Shown: piece after piece, positions 52,791 through 64,000 of the stretch
Numbering within the stretch: the stretch's first letter is position 1
Layout: each line of letters opens with the position of its first letter
Assembly (NCBI GenBank): GCA_963575745.1
Contig: CAUYUJ010000048.1
Coordinates: forward strand, 558,001-622,000
Direction of reading: 5' to 3'
Length of the DNA: 64,000 nt
Origin: Prorocentrum cordatum
Lineage: Eukaryota
Notes under the pieces: generated by a model
The model's input: the letters and a program-made list of their open reading frames with translations, nothing else
What the model was told of the DNA's origin: nothing
The model's database searches: none
Position numbers and translations under genes: made by a program

Positions 52791-53579
52791 CCACGCTGGG
52801 CGATCGTTTCTTCGCCCCTCAGCAGTGGGCCTCCCTCGCAACGGCCCGCTGAGTGCTGCCGCCTGCTCCGGTTGGGCGGCGCGGGGGCGCGCGCGTCGCA
52901 TGCTTTCCCGCGCGAGCCTCGCAACGCGGAGACGCGCGGGGAGATGTTGGACGCGTCGATCTTCGCCCAGTGGCTTCGTGTGCGATTTGCGACGCCAGCC
53001 GCTTGCCTTCTTACGTCGAGCTTTTCGCGTATCTCAAATTGCAGAATGTGCTTCGCTGGGAGCATTTGGCAGACGTCGACGCCGACTTCAGTCGGCCTCA
53101 ACTATCACCGCGCAGCAGCGATGTAGTAACCAGGCGGCGCGCCCGCGGGCCGCTAACCACCGCGCGCTGTGCCCGCGTGAAGGGCCATCAACGAATCGAG
53201 GATACAGAGGGGCATGCTGGCTCTCGATGGGGTTCTCTTTCGGTCGGTACAAGCGTTGCAACGAAGCAGAAGCAGCGCCACCCGCGCGCCCCCCGGCCGC
53301 CGGGGCCCTGGCGGCGCATGGTGAAAGGCAGGATCGCCCGAGGCCAGATCCCCCCCCGGCCCTCCGCCCGCCGGCATTGGCGAGGGCGTCGCTGTGCGCC
53401 CGCAGCCTCCGCCGGGGCCGCCGCCAGGTTGGCGGCCGAGGCGCGGGGGCGATGCTGGGGCGACGGCGCCAGAACAAATGCGCGCGGCGTTGTGCCCTGG
53501 CGACGCGCACGGCGATCCTGCGGAGGGCTCGCGAGCTCGGGGAGCGGTCGAGGCCGTGGTTGAGTATGCTGTTTCGTGC

Positions 53580-54609
53580 GCAAACCAATTAAACGCGCCC
53601 AGTGAGGGGCCGCGACGCGCCCTCGACGGCGCCGCTGTAATGCGCCCGCCCGAACGCCGGCGCTTCGCCGCGAGGGCGCGCTTGGATGCGGCGCCTGGCA
53701 GTTGTCCTCGATCAGCGCAGAGCTGGGCGTCCGCAGCGCGATGGTGGTTACGCTTCTCAAAGTGCGTCCTTGGGCGGGATTCCCCCTTTCCCATCAGCGC
53801 GGGGGGCCTCCAGATCGCCAGTGCGCTGTTCCGCGCGAGCGGCACGTTCGCTAATTGCTGCGGGCACTCGCGCATGGCACCCGAGCTGTTCTCGGTGTCG
53901 ACGGCCGCCTTCGATGATCGCTCCGTGAAGCGGGCGCGATTGGGCGTCGCGAGGAGGTGCCCGACGTCCCCGAGAATCAAACGTTTTGTGCAGCACGCTT
54001 TCCTGTCCAGAATCGTTGAAGCGAGCGCCCCGGCCCCGGCGGCCGCGTCTGTCAGAGGAGACGTGGCGAGGCCCATGTGTTTCGGACACGTGTTTCCGTT
54101 GCGCCTACCAAATGAGGGCGTGACCGCTGTCTTCGATGGCTCGGCATTCAGCGAGCAGCACCGGGCATCGGTGCGCTTCTCAGCAGAGGCGTTAGGTTTG
54201 CAATTGCAGCGGCGCAAGAATTCGGAACGGCCTGCGGCAATTTGGCGCAAGTGCTGGCGCCGTACCGAGGGCGGCAAAAGGCGCGTGTCCAGCGCGCGTC
54301 TTCGGCGCTTTCTTCGAGAAAGCGGCACGCAGGCCTTCGCGAGCTCCTCTCCCGCGGACGCCGCGGCCGCCATCCGGATCGCGGCCGGGGCAGCGACAGC
54401 GCGCCCGGAGGAATTCGACGCGAAGGCGCTCCGCCGTGGACGCGCGCTCGACGTAGTCGAGACAGGGGCCGGCCCCGCCCCAGGCCGAGACACTTCGCGC
54501 GGGCGGCTGGCGGAGCGCTGCCTTCATAGATAATTTGCCCGTATAGTCTCTCAAGCGGGACGCTGGTCTCGAGGCCATGGACAATCGCCCTTCCGACAGC
54601 GATGCGTGA
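53580..54609 (+). pseudogene. Tyrosine recombinase (phage-integrase-like) of the DIRS-like element
   Basis: FPLRLPNE (catalytic R, 54102), LQRRKN and KALRRG (HxxR position, 54423); after a frameshift, RAGGWRSAAFIDN with AAT at the expected catalytic Tyr (54532). Acidic tail ends at TGA 54607-54609. Confidence 0.75.
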
Positions 54610-56575
54610 AGAAAAGAGACTGGGCTGTGTGCCTGGTGTGGCGCGCGCGCTGGCGCTCCGGCTCCGTGCCGGAGTATGTTGGACCATGTTTGCATATGTG
54701 ATGTATGCGTTTTATGGTTTGTCCATGTTTGCCTCTGTTTTGATTATGTGTTGGCATATGTTTCGATTATGTTGTGACTATGTTTGGGCATGGTTTGGTT
54801 ATGTTGTTACTTGCTGTCGCCCTCGCTCTGCCGCCGTCCCCTCTTTCCTCCTGCCCCTCCTCCTTTCCCTGTGCGTGCCGTTTCTTTCCGTGCTCAGCTG
54901 GTTGCTCCTGGTAGCCCTCCAGCGCGTCATGGCTTGGCGGCTCCGCCTCCTCGCGGATGTTGGAGTTTGGTCGGCCTTGACGCCGCAGGATAATCCGCAG
55001 CAGCCGCCGCAGGCCGTGACAGGGGGCGGAAATTCGCGCAGTTGTTCACTGGCGCTTAGAACGACGCTTTGGTCACATCGTATAGTTCTGACTATTGAAT
55101 TTACCGTTCTTGCCTCCTCTCCCTCCTCCCCGTTGTGCCGCGTCCTCTTCGGCTGTCCTCTCCCCTCTCCTTGTTTGGCGGGTAATTGCGCCCTTGGGCC
55201 TTCGGCCCGCGTGCCACACCAGAGGACTCATGTACCATATTATATCGACAGCCGGAGTGTGGAGCACTTCAGGCATGCAACATTATCCGGCCATTCGCTT
55301 CGCGGGATAAACACGTTTCACCCAGTATCGAGCGTGGCCGACACAATTTGTTGTCCGCTGGGTTGTTCTGGCTGGACCTCGGGGCCCATTTCACGGGCGC
55401 GGTGAGGTTGCCATTGGTCTGCTGAGTGGGTCGGCGCCCCCCTGGCCGTGGGGCGAGAAATAAACGCGGTTTCTGTTTCGTCCAAGATCTCCCTGTAGGA
55501 GAACATGCCCGACCTGACGACAGCTCGATGCTTGTCGCCGATGTCGACAGCGGTGCGCCGGGGCTCTCTGTGCCCCGCCATGCCCACCGGCGGGCAGCGG
55601 GCGCGGGCCTCGGGGCCCGCGAATCAGCGCCCAGTGCCAGCAAAGGCCACGGGCACAGGGGGTCGACTACGGGTGGGCGTAGGGTTACACACTGTTCACG
55701 TCTAGTTCTTCGGAAGGTCTTTCATACTTTTGGGGGCCAAGACCCTCTCGTTTCTAACTGTTCCATCCTGGGCCTCTTCCTGGCCACTGGGGGGCCAGGA
55801 ACAATTAGAAGCGAACCCAATCAGACATGAGCACGATGAGAAATGAACGACGCGCAAGTCTGGCACGCCGCCTCTACATCGAAGAGGGCGAAAACCAAGC
55901 AAACATATTTTTGTTGGCGCTCCGCGCGGAGTTTTTGGAACCGCGCCCGGGCCCAGTGGCGGCGCCTCTGGCGCCGCCCCTGGCGCGCCCCGCGCGCCGG
56001 GGAGGGGGGCCCAGCGCGAATCCCACAAATCCGCGCGGGGCGCCAAACATGCATGTTTATAGCGTTGTTTCTTTTTCTACTACAGGAGGATTTTGCAAAA
56101 ATACTCCAAGAATAATATGGGGACGATTGTGCGACTATCCACGCCCATTTCCGAGTGTGTTTTGATTATTTGAAAATTGTTCCTCCAAAAATTGCCTGTA
56201 GGGGGACATGCCCGACCTAAGACCATGGGTGGGCGTAGAATGAATGAAGGGGCGGTGAATGGGGGCGGGGAAACGTGCACCTGTCGTGCACCGTAGGTGC
56301 CCTAAAGGGGTCCCCTGGAGCCCAGGAATGGGAACGAAGGGCACCCGCCCCCTCGCCCCTGACGTTTCGCCCCCCACGATGTAACGCCCAATTGCTTCGG
56401 GTGCCCCCAAACGGTGCATGGCGGCGGCATTGGATGAGGAACGTCTTCGTGGGGCCCAGGCCCCGGCGCATTCCTCGTTGTTTCAAGGAAAGGTGGGTGG
56501 TCCAGATTTGCGCCCCATCGATGGCGAGACCCTGGGCTCCTTATCGAAGGTATCTTTATCTCAAACCTCCACCGG

Positions 56576-56597
56576 TCCGTAGCCATTTTTGTTCAAG
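56576..56597 (+). other. Relic dinoflagellate spliced leader at the 5' end of the second LINE
   Basis: TCCGTAGCCATTTTTGTTCAAG, 20/22 identity to DinoSL; ATG follows at 56601. Confidence 0.92.
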
Positions 56598-56600
56598 GTC

Positions 56601-57797
56601 ATGGAGCGTCCGACTACCGCGAGTCGTCCGCGGCGCTCAAAAGGCGAGGGGCTGCGGCGCTGTTGGCGGCGGCGGCGGGAATGGAGCGTGCTGTGTCTGC
56701 TCCTGCGGGCAGTTGTCCTGCGCAACCAGAGGGCGGCTCTTGGCTGCCACGCCGTTGCCCCGCCCTGGGCTCGGGCGCGAGGTTCGGCGGGCGACGGCCA
56801 ACCTGTGCCCGACGCTGAAGGCTTCGTCAAGGCGGGCAAGGGCAAGAAGGGGCGCCGCAAGGCCCGAGCCGCAGCCGCAGCCTGGGCCAGCAAGGCCGCG
56901 GACGCGGGCAGCAGCGTCGGCGGCAGCAGCAAGGGCAGCCCGAGTGGAGGCAGCCAGCCGAAAGGGGTCCCGCCTGGCGGAGCTGGAGCGAGCCATCGCC
57001 CACCTGGAGGCCTGCTCCAGCCTCGGCGGCGAGGGAGATGCTTTTGCGGCTGAGCGGCCGGCCGCCCGTCGTGCCAAGAAAGACCGGGCTGCCGCCGACC
57101 TGGCTCGCGACAAAGGAGGCCGGCCTGTCCCCCGCGGCACGCTTGCACGGGGCAGCCAACAGGGCCAGCAAGGCAGAGCGTTGGGCGGCGGCCGCACGCA
57201 AAGGCGCTCGAGGCGGCCGACGCCGCGGTGGCAGCAGCAGAAGAGGCAGCGCAGGCAGCGGCAGATCGGCTGGCGGAGGCCGAGGAGCGCCGCACCAAGG
57301 CACGAGAGAAGGTGGCCGATCTGGAGGAGGAGGCGGCAGCAGCGATGATCAAGCAGGAGCGGTTGCAGGTCTCGCAGGACGGCCTGCAGGCTGTGCGGGG
57401 GCTGTTCTTCCAGTTGCGGACCTTTCCGACGGCGCGCCAGGCGGGCAACATTGCTGGCGCGTGGCGGTCGACCACCCAGCAGTTGCAGGCAGTCGAAGGA
57501 CAATTTGCAGACCGCGAGAGTTCACCAGCCACCAGCGCCCGCGAACGTTGGAGCGACGCCTGCCCCGTCGATGGCGGCGAGCTCGACTCCGACTCAGACC
57601 TGGACCTAGCGGGCGGGGCGGCGCCAGCCGCTGAGCGCTGGCAGGTGGAGCGCCCCCCGCCAGCCTCGGGGCCGCGGTCCCGGGTGCCGAGGAGCGCTGT
57701 GCGCGAGCTGGTGGCAGAGGCGCGCGACCCAGGCCCTGTGACGACGGTGCCTTCGGGCCACGCTGCGGCGGCCGCTGGCGAGAAGCTGCAGCTTTAG
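56601..57797 (+). pseudogene. ORF1 of the second LINE (frameshifted; basic region and coiled coil)
   Basis: Segments EGFVKAGKGKKGRRKAR, LAELERAIAHLEA and AEEAAQAAADRLAEAEERRTKAREKVADLEEE in shifting frames; stop at 57795-57797. Confidence 0.6.
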
Positions 57798-57874
57798 CCC
57801 CGGCAGCACGAGGCAGTCTGGCAGAGCGTTCCAGCTCGAATTGGCCGAGGCGCTCCCACGAGCGGCATCGGCGG

Positions 57875-60800
57875 CCAGGTTGATCACGATCAACGGCTCC
57901 ACCCGGGCAGAGACCAGAACGGCGATCGAGCAGATCCGAGACGGGGGCGCCTGGGACGATGTCTTCCTGGTGCAGGAGACCCCTTCCACAAGGGCGTCCA
58001 CGACTTCTTCGGCGCGGAGCTGGTGTTCGAGGCATGGTTTTCCAGGCGGCTTTCGGCCCCTGCAAGCGCGCGGGCCAGCTGGCGCAGGAGGTCTCGTCGG
58101 GGGTCGGTGCCCTGACGGCGAGGTTCAGGGGGGCGGCGCAAATCGAGCAGGACTGGGGAGACCTCTCGCAACGGGCGATCGCGCGTCGGGTCGCCTTCGG
58201 CGACTTCGCGGTCGTGGTGGCCAGCGTCTACCTGGGACGCTCCACGAAGCTAGCGGGGGTCAACCTCGAGCTGCTCGGCATGGCCCAGGAGTTTCTCAAC
58301 GCCGCTAGCGAGCCCTTCGCGTGGCGGGAACTGGAACATGGAGCCGCAGGAGCTGTCGGAATCGTGGCGGCCTCGTTCGGTCGGAGGAGCAGTGCTTGAG
58401 TCGCCGCAGCCGACTTGCAACGGCAAGAAGTACGACTACTTCGTCGTCTCGGCTACGCTGACGGCGCTCGCGCCCCAGGTCGAGGCTATGCGGCCGACGA
58501 AGACGCACCCGCGCGCGCCAGTGCGTCTCTCCTTCGCGAAGTTGGGCGCCGCGGAGGTTCGTCGAGCAGAAGGTGTCCGCTGAGGCGAAGGCTCGAGCGG
58601 CTGACCTTGCCAAAGAAGTGCAGCGGCAGGCTCCCCTTCGGGATGCTCGAGGCCTTCCCGACGAAGCGGCGCGCGAGTTCGACGTGGCGGAGGCGCACCT
58701 GATCAGGCTGTTCGAGATTCAGGATGGCGGAGCCCACCGTGGCAGGTCTCGCGGCGTCCGCGCCCAGAAGCGCCAGAAGGGCCTCTGGCGCACCGAGACG
58801 GCCAGGAAGGTCAGCCCGCTCACAAGGCTCTGGATGTCCCTGCAGAGGCTCTCGAGGCAGTTGTCGGCGGCAGCAGCGGCGCTGGCTCCGCCGCCAGGGC
58901 ACCGGGCCCACATGGGGCATCTGAAGGAGGCCGCCCTCGCTCCGGCACCGCACTTCACCCAGCAGGGCTGCGACATGTTCGCGTCCGCGAGCACGCGGCC
59001 GCTGCTGGAAGAAGTCGAGGCGTCCACGCGGACACCGACTTCTTCTTGAGGGGCCATCCAGGCTGCCACAGGCAACCGCGCCAAGTCTTACACCCATCTC
59101 GCGCGGCGCCGCTGGGCGGAGTTTGTGGGCGACGCCCTGGCCGCAGGAGGCAGCGGAGCGCATGCAGCCAGCAAGCGGCAGCTCGAGGGGAAGTTCTGAG
59201 TCCTGGGCGAGGGGAGCCGGGCAGGGGCCCCGCCTGTCCCGCCGGTTGGCCAAGCCGCCCTGGACCAGACGCCAATCGAGCGGCTTTGGGTGGGCAGGAG
59301 GGCCGCCGATGCGCCGCGGCAGGGCAAGAACGCTCAGTGGACCTCTGCCGCCTGAGAGCTGGGCAGCGACCATGGACCTGCCTGCCGTCGCAGGGGGGGG
59401 GGGGATCGAGGCGGCCAAGACCCCCATCAAGAAGACCGCCTTGGGCTTGGACGGCTTCCACCCGCGACTGCTGCTGCGCTTGGGCCAACCGTTTGTGGCC
59501 CGCGCAGCGGCGCTGCCTTCGACCTGGGAGCGCGATCCCAGACCCCCGGGCCTCTTCGCGACGCTGATCGCATTCCTGGCGAAGCCCGACGGCGGCAGGA
59601 TGCCCATGGGTATGATGCCCTTCTGGCTGGGGCTGTGGAGTCGCATGCGCAGACGGCATTGCACCAGATGGGAGACCGACCACGAGTTGCCCGAGATCTG
59701 GGGCGGCAGCTCCGATACCAGCTGCGACAGGGCGGCCTACTTGCACGACCTCTACCTCGGGCTGGCGCGCTGGAAGGGCGTCGAAGGGGCGTCCGTCTAC
59801 TTCGATATCAGCAAGCTCCACGAATGGATTGATCAGCTGCTCCTCTGGGCGGCAGAGGCTAGCGGCTTCAGCCCTGGTCTGGCGAAGGCGCCCTGCGTTG
59901 CCCACGCGGGCCCCGGGCGCGCCGCGGTGGGCGGCGCCATCAGCGAGGAGATCTGTGCGAGAGGGTCGGTGATTGCAGGCTGTTCCTGCGCGACTACGAT
60001 GGCTCGTCAGATTCTGCACACGACTTGCTGTTTCGCGGTCGCGCCCTCCTCCAGGTTGGACGAGTGGTCAACCTGATCGACGATGCGGCGGCGCATGGCA
60101 TTCGGCGCGAAGCAGATCGCCAAATCAGCCAGTTCGCCACAGGGGTTGTGTCCATGCTGCGCGACAAACGCCTGCCCATCCACTGGAGCAAGACCAAGGT
60201 GCCGGCGTCGTCGGTCGACCTGCAGAGGGCGCTGCTGGCGCTGGAGGGCTGGCCGCTTCGAACCCGCGGACGCGTTCGCCCCGGGGCACCGTGAGCTTGG
60301 AGGCGAAGCGACTGCGGGAGCCCACCGCAGGGTGACCGCGCAAGTGGCGCTTGCAGCCCCGCGGCAGGCGCCTCGCCTGGGTCGGAGATTTGGCCCAGGG
60401 CTGCGACGAGCTAAAGTGGTGAGGGCAGGGCAGACGGCGAAAGCCCTCTGGGGCTCTGCTACCTCTGGAGCGCCGCCTGGCCGCGCGCGGGCCCCGAGGG
60501 TGGCGGCGGCCAAGAGTGCAGGACGGCTGGCCCCAGGAGCAGCGCTCAGCTTCGCGTTGCAATGTCCGCAGGTGGCTGGCGCCAGGACCCCCTGGTCATC
60601 GCGACGTGCATGGCTGTGCAGGCCTACGTCAGCGCGACCTGGGCGCGCCGGGCCTGCCCCCCCGCGATCAAGGCTTGCCTTGAGCCCAGCCTCAGGCTGG
60701 AGCGCAGCCAGAGGCCATGGTCGGCAGTGCGTGACCCTGTGGCGGCGCTGGCGCCCACCCTGAAACGCATAGGCCGGCAGCTTACGCGGGGCGGCCTCGC

Positions 60801-62314
60801 CATCAAGGACGAGCTGGGCGTCGAGTTCAACGCGCGGCGCTGGCCCCCCGCCTTCCTGTCAGAGCGTGCCCGCGAAGCGACCGGAAAGGCGGCCGCCAGG
60901 GAGGAGTGCCGCACGAGGACCGTATCGCTCTGGCCGTGGCGGCTGCCTCCAGCGTGGTCGCCAGTCAACGAACTGCTGGGCATGAGGACCACGGAGATCT
61001 GGACCCGCCACCACAAGGGCTGCCTGCGCTGGCTGGTCTCGTTGCCCCATTGACCCCTGGCGAGGCTCGCGAGGCGCAAGGCCGACATCAGCCCCGCATG
61101 CCCCCCATGCCATGGGGGGGGCAGGGGCGATGTTCCATCGGCACTTCGGATGCCCAGCCTGGCCGGCATGGAGGAGAGATCGTCTTCCAGCCGACTTGAG
61201 GGAAGGGGCTATCTTTGCTCGCAACCTCGGGGAAAGGTTCGGAGAGCCGTTCGCCCAGGGCCTCTTCGTCGACGCGGGCCCCGCGTTGAAGAGACCGCTT
61301 TGGCAGCCTCGCTGGGGGCGGCATCAGATTGGATGGGAGAGCCCCATGGTGGCGCCGCCTGGCACGCTGGTGTTCACGGACGGCCCCTGCATCAACAGCC
61401 GCTTCCCCGCCCTCCGCAGCGCGGGCTGTGCAGTCATTGCGATGTCTCAGGAGGGCCAGGTCTTGGCGCGAGCCTGGGGGGCGGTCCCGCCGCATGAGAT
61501 GCCCACCCAGTCAGCGAGGGCTGGTGAATACTATGCGGCTGTGGTTGCATTGGGGGAGACCATCGGGGCTCGCGAACTCCTCAGCGACTGCAAGGGCACG
61601 GTGGACTTCAACGGCAAACTGCAGCGTGCTCAGGGGCCGACCTCGCTGCGCGCCCACCTGCGGGCGCGGGCCGGCGACGCGGTCGATGGCGCCGCGGCGA
61701 GGCACATCCCAGCCCGCACCTTCGAGGCGGCGGTTCGGCTCGGCGAGGCCACGGCGAAGGAGAGGGGCGGGAACCGCCTGGCCGACCTCAGGGCCAAGAT
61801 GGGCGCTGGGCTCCATGCGACGGACGACGGCGACCTTGCGCTGCTCGAGGGTCTCCCAGCCCGAGCCCGAGACGCGGCCAGGTGTGCGGCAGGGATCGAG
61901 GTCCACATCACCGACCACGGGGCCAGGGACTACTGGCCGACGGAGGCGCTCGAGGACCTCGATTTCGGAGGGCCTGAGCGGGGGGCCAGCGAGCCCAGCG
62001 CGGCGGCAGGCGGCCCCCCAGGCGCGACGGCCGCCGCCGTGAACGCGGGTTCGGCAGCGGCGGCGGCCTCGAGCGCTGCGGAGCGAGGAGGCGGGGCGAG
62101 GGGGCGGCCCTCCTGTGCGGAAGCGCCCCGCGGCAGCGGCGTCGGCGAGCGCTTGCGGCCTGGGCCCGGCCAGCAGCTCAGCAGCCGCTACGCAAGTGGC
62201 CGACAGGGGGGCGGCCGCTCGGACCCAGTCGCCACCCGCGACGGGCGACAGCGCGGCCTTCGGTCAGCCGCCGCCGCCTGGAGCCGAGCCTTGGCAGGTC
62301 CCACCAGCTGGTGA
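57875..62314 (+). pseudogene. ORF2 of the second LINE: EEP endonuclease, reverse transcriptase, RNase H (multiple frameshifts)
   Basis: EN: LITING, VFLVQET, VASVYL, GGNWN, YDYFVVS. RT: TALGLDGFHPR, FLAKPDGGRMPMG, YFDISKLHE, GSVIAGCSCAT, LIDD (~60073), SKTKV. RNase H: VFTDGP, GEYYA, LSDCKGTV, GNRLADLRAKMGA. Confidence 0.88.
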
Positions 62315-64000
62315 TGGGGCGCGTGGAGGGCGAGGAGGGGGAGTTCCTAGCCTTCACCACGTGCTCCATGTATGCGAGGACGCCCATGGTGCACTGGCGA
62401 TGGCTCCGCGCCGAGTGCGCAGTTGCCGCCACCAGCAGAGCCCGCCAAGGATCGAGAGAGCAAGCGCGCCGACCTTGAGCGCGGCCTGCTGCCAGGGTCC
62501 AAGCCGAAGAAAGCCTTCGGATCGCTCGCGGTGCCGACGGCCGAGGTGCGGAGCCGCTGGGCAGAGGCTGGGGCTGGAGGCGGGCGGCCACCTCGGCGAG
62601 TGCGCGGCCTCGGGCCCCAGCTCGGCTCAGGGCGGCGAGGATGAGCGGCCAGCCAGGCGTCAGAGGACGTGCGCGTCGGCCGCCAGCGGAGGCTTGGACG
62701 CCAGCGCAGCCGACGGCGGCCTCGGCGGTTGCTATGCGTGCTCAGCCCAGAATTGCATGAATTCGTCAACACGGGCCGTTGCCCCCGAATAGAGTTAGAA
62801 ATACAAGCACCTCCACCGTAATGACCCCACCGCGTGGTGAGTCAGTGGGGATTCGGGGTCACCACACGGTTTTGGGGCCCCGAAGTATCGGCGGCGGCGA
62901 GAGAGGATTGAGGACACGGGGACGTGTGGATGTTTTCGAGCAGGGCTTGCCCGGGAGATTTTCTTACGTGTTCGTCCGTTCCTGGAGGTTTTTCAGCCTT
63001 GGGGTGCGTTTCAGAAGCTGTGCCTCGTCGAGAGCTTCCCGGGGATGCCCGAATCGTCCCGACTGGCCGTTGGATGCCCGAGCAGGGACCCGAAAACCAC
63101 CAGGCGCCGAAGATGGGGAGGAGGACCGGGCAGTGAGACACCTCCCCGCAGGGTTTCGCCGTGGGAAGGTGGCAGGACAGGTGTTCACGGCGACAGGCGT
63201 CGTCTCTTACAGCCGTTAGCAGGAGCAGGGGGGTGAGGATTGGGATGTGTGGATGTCACGGCCAGGGTGAAGACCGGGTGTGCGTACAGTGGAGGCCATG
63301 CCGAGAAATGCCTTGCTTGCCCCCAGAGTGCCTTGGGTTTCTTGGGCTTCGACGGTTTTGCAGCGGACAGCGTGACGCTCCAACGCTAACCATCAATGGG
63401 CGCCCCGGGGTCTGAAAGGTTTATTGTGGATTGGCCCTTTCTGTATGTGTAGATATCCTGGCCGGGGCCATGAAGACTGCCAGATCTCTCGGCTATCAAA
63501 CACCCGTCTCTCCATGCATTCCCTGGGCCCTTCTCGTCCGCGCACGCTTTTCTCCATGGTGTACTGGACCCCCCCTCTTGGCTTTCCTTTTCGGTGCCCC
63601 CGAGAGGTGCTGTCATGTCGCCGTCCAGCGCGCTCCACATCAGCAGCCCGCAGGGCCAGTCTGCGGGATCAGAGCGAGGCCCAGCGCTCACTGGTGCCGC
63701 GACCGTCGGCGGGGTCTGTATGATGATGCTCCTCGTGGCCGCGATCTCGCACACGGTCTGGGACAGGAGCGTGCGACAGCCGAAGTTGCTCGCGCAGAAG
63801 GCGGCAGACGAGGCGCAGGGGTCACATAAGGAAGGGGGGGGGGACAGACCCAGCGGAGGACGCATCGATTCCCCAATCGCCCATTTACCCATGGGCCCGA
63901 CAGCCCACCCCGTCCAGGAACGTGCGGCCTCGCTGTCGGGGGCATGCCGCCCATCTGGCGGCGAAGCATCGCCAGCTCCAGGTCGATGCTTCCCCCCCCT

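Larger units (their letters stand above)
49250..54610 (+). mobile_element. Decayed DIRS-like (tyrosine-recombinase) retrotransposon; ends approximate
   Basis: Order is gag-like, RT, RNase H, YR on one strand, with many frameshifts and stops. No integrase or protease motifs seen, and terminal repeats not identified. Confidence 0.85.
56576..62808 (+). mobile_element. Full-length decayed non-LTR (LINE-like) retrotransposon with RNase H, ~6.2 kb, SL-capped
   Basis: SL, coiled-coil ORF1 fragments, EN, RT, RNase H, then an A-rich end (GAATAGAGTTAGAAATACAAGC). Direct repeat ACCTCCACCG at 56565-56574 and 62809-62818. Confidence 0.88.

Noticed and set aside
47926..54754. 29-nt direct repeat GTCCATGTTTGCC(G/T)CTGTTTTGATTATGT at 47926 and 54721 as DIRS terminal repeats
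   Set aside because: The 54676-54810 region resembles the TATGTTTG-rich interior of family A (compare 45457-45490), so the match is more simply explained by a dispersed repeat; not excluded.
54602..55405. 267-aa hydrophobic ORF resembling a membrane protein
   Set aside because: The hydrophobicity comes from TATGTTTG and CT-rich repeat sequence; there is no codon bias or motif.

Overview
This is a GC-rich, repeat-dominated eukaryotic window. A perfect 22-nt dinoflagellate spliced leader (TCCGTAGCCATTTTGGCTCAAG, 39881-39902) and two relic copies indicate a dinoflagellate nuclear genome; a Prorocentrum-like genus is only my guess from composition. Almost all ORFs in the supplied track are artefacts of (GAG)n, (CA)n, (GA)n, (ATC)n and TCTTGG-type repeats. 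The genuine protein-coding sequence is: (1) an intronless HAD-superfamily gene (5126-5863) behind a relic spliced leader, i.e. a retrogene; (2) a young non-LTR (LINE-like) retrotransposon that starts exactly at a perfect spliced leader (39881) and has a RanBP2-type zinc-finger/coiled-coil ORF1, an EEP/APE endonuclease and an in-frame 564-bp internal duplication, running into an N gap; (3) a decayed DIRS-like tyrosine-recombinase retrotransposon (~49250-54610: gag-like, RT, RNase H, YR); and (4) a second, apparently full-length but decayed LINE (56576-62808: EN, RT, RNase H) that also starts at a spliced leader and is bounded by a 10-bp candidate target-site duplication. All four are on the + strand. 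The remainder is a dense mosaic of short fold-back/MITE-like families, 118-168-bp tandem arrays and microsatellites. The two most notable observations are LINEs capped by the spliced leader, implying trans-splicing within the retrotransposon cycle, and an apparent T>C/A>G bias in the substitutions that destroy conserved motifs in the old elements. Domain calls come from motif recognition by eye, not database searches.
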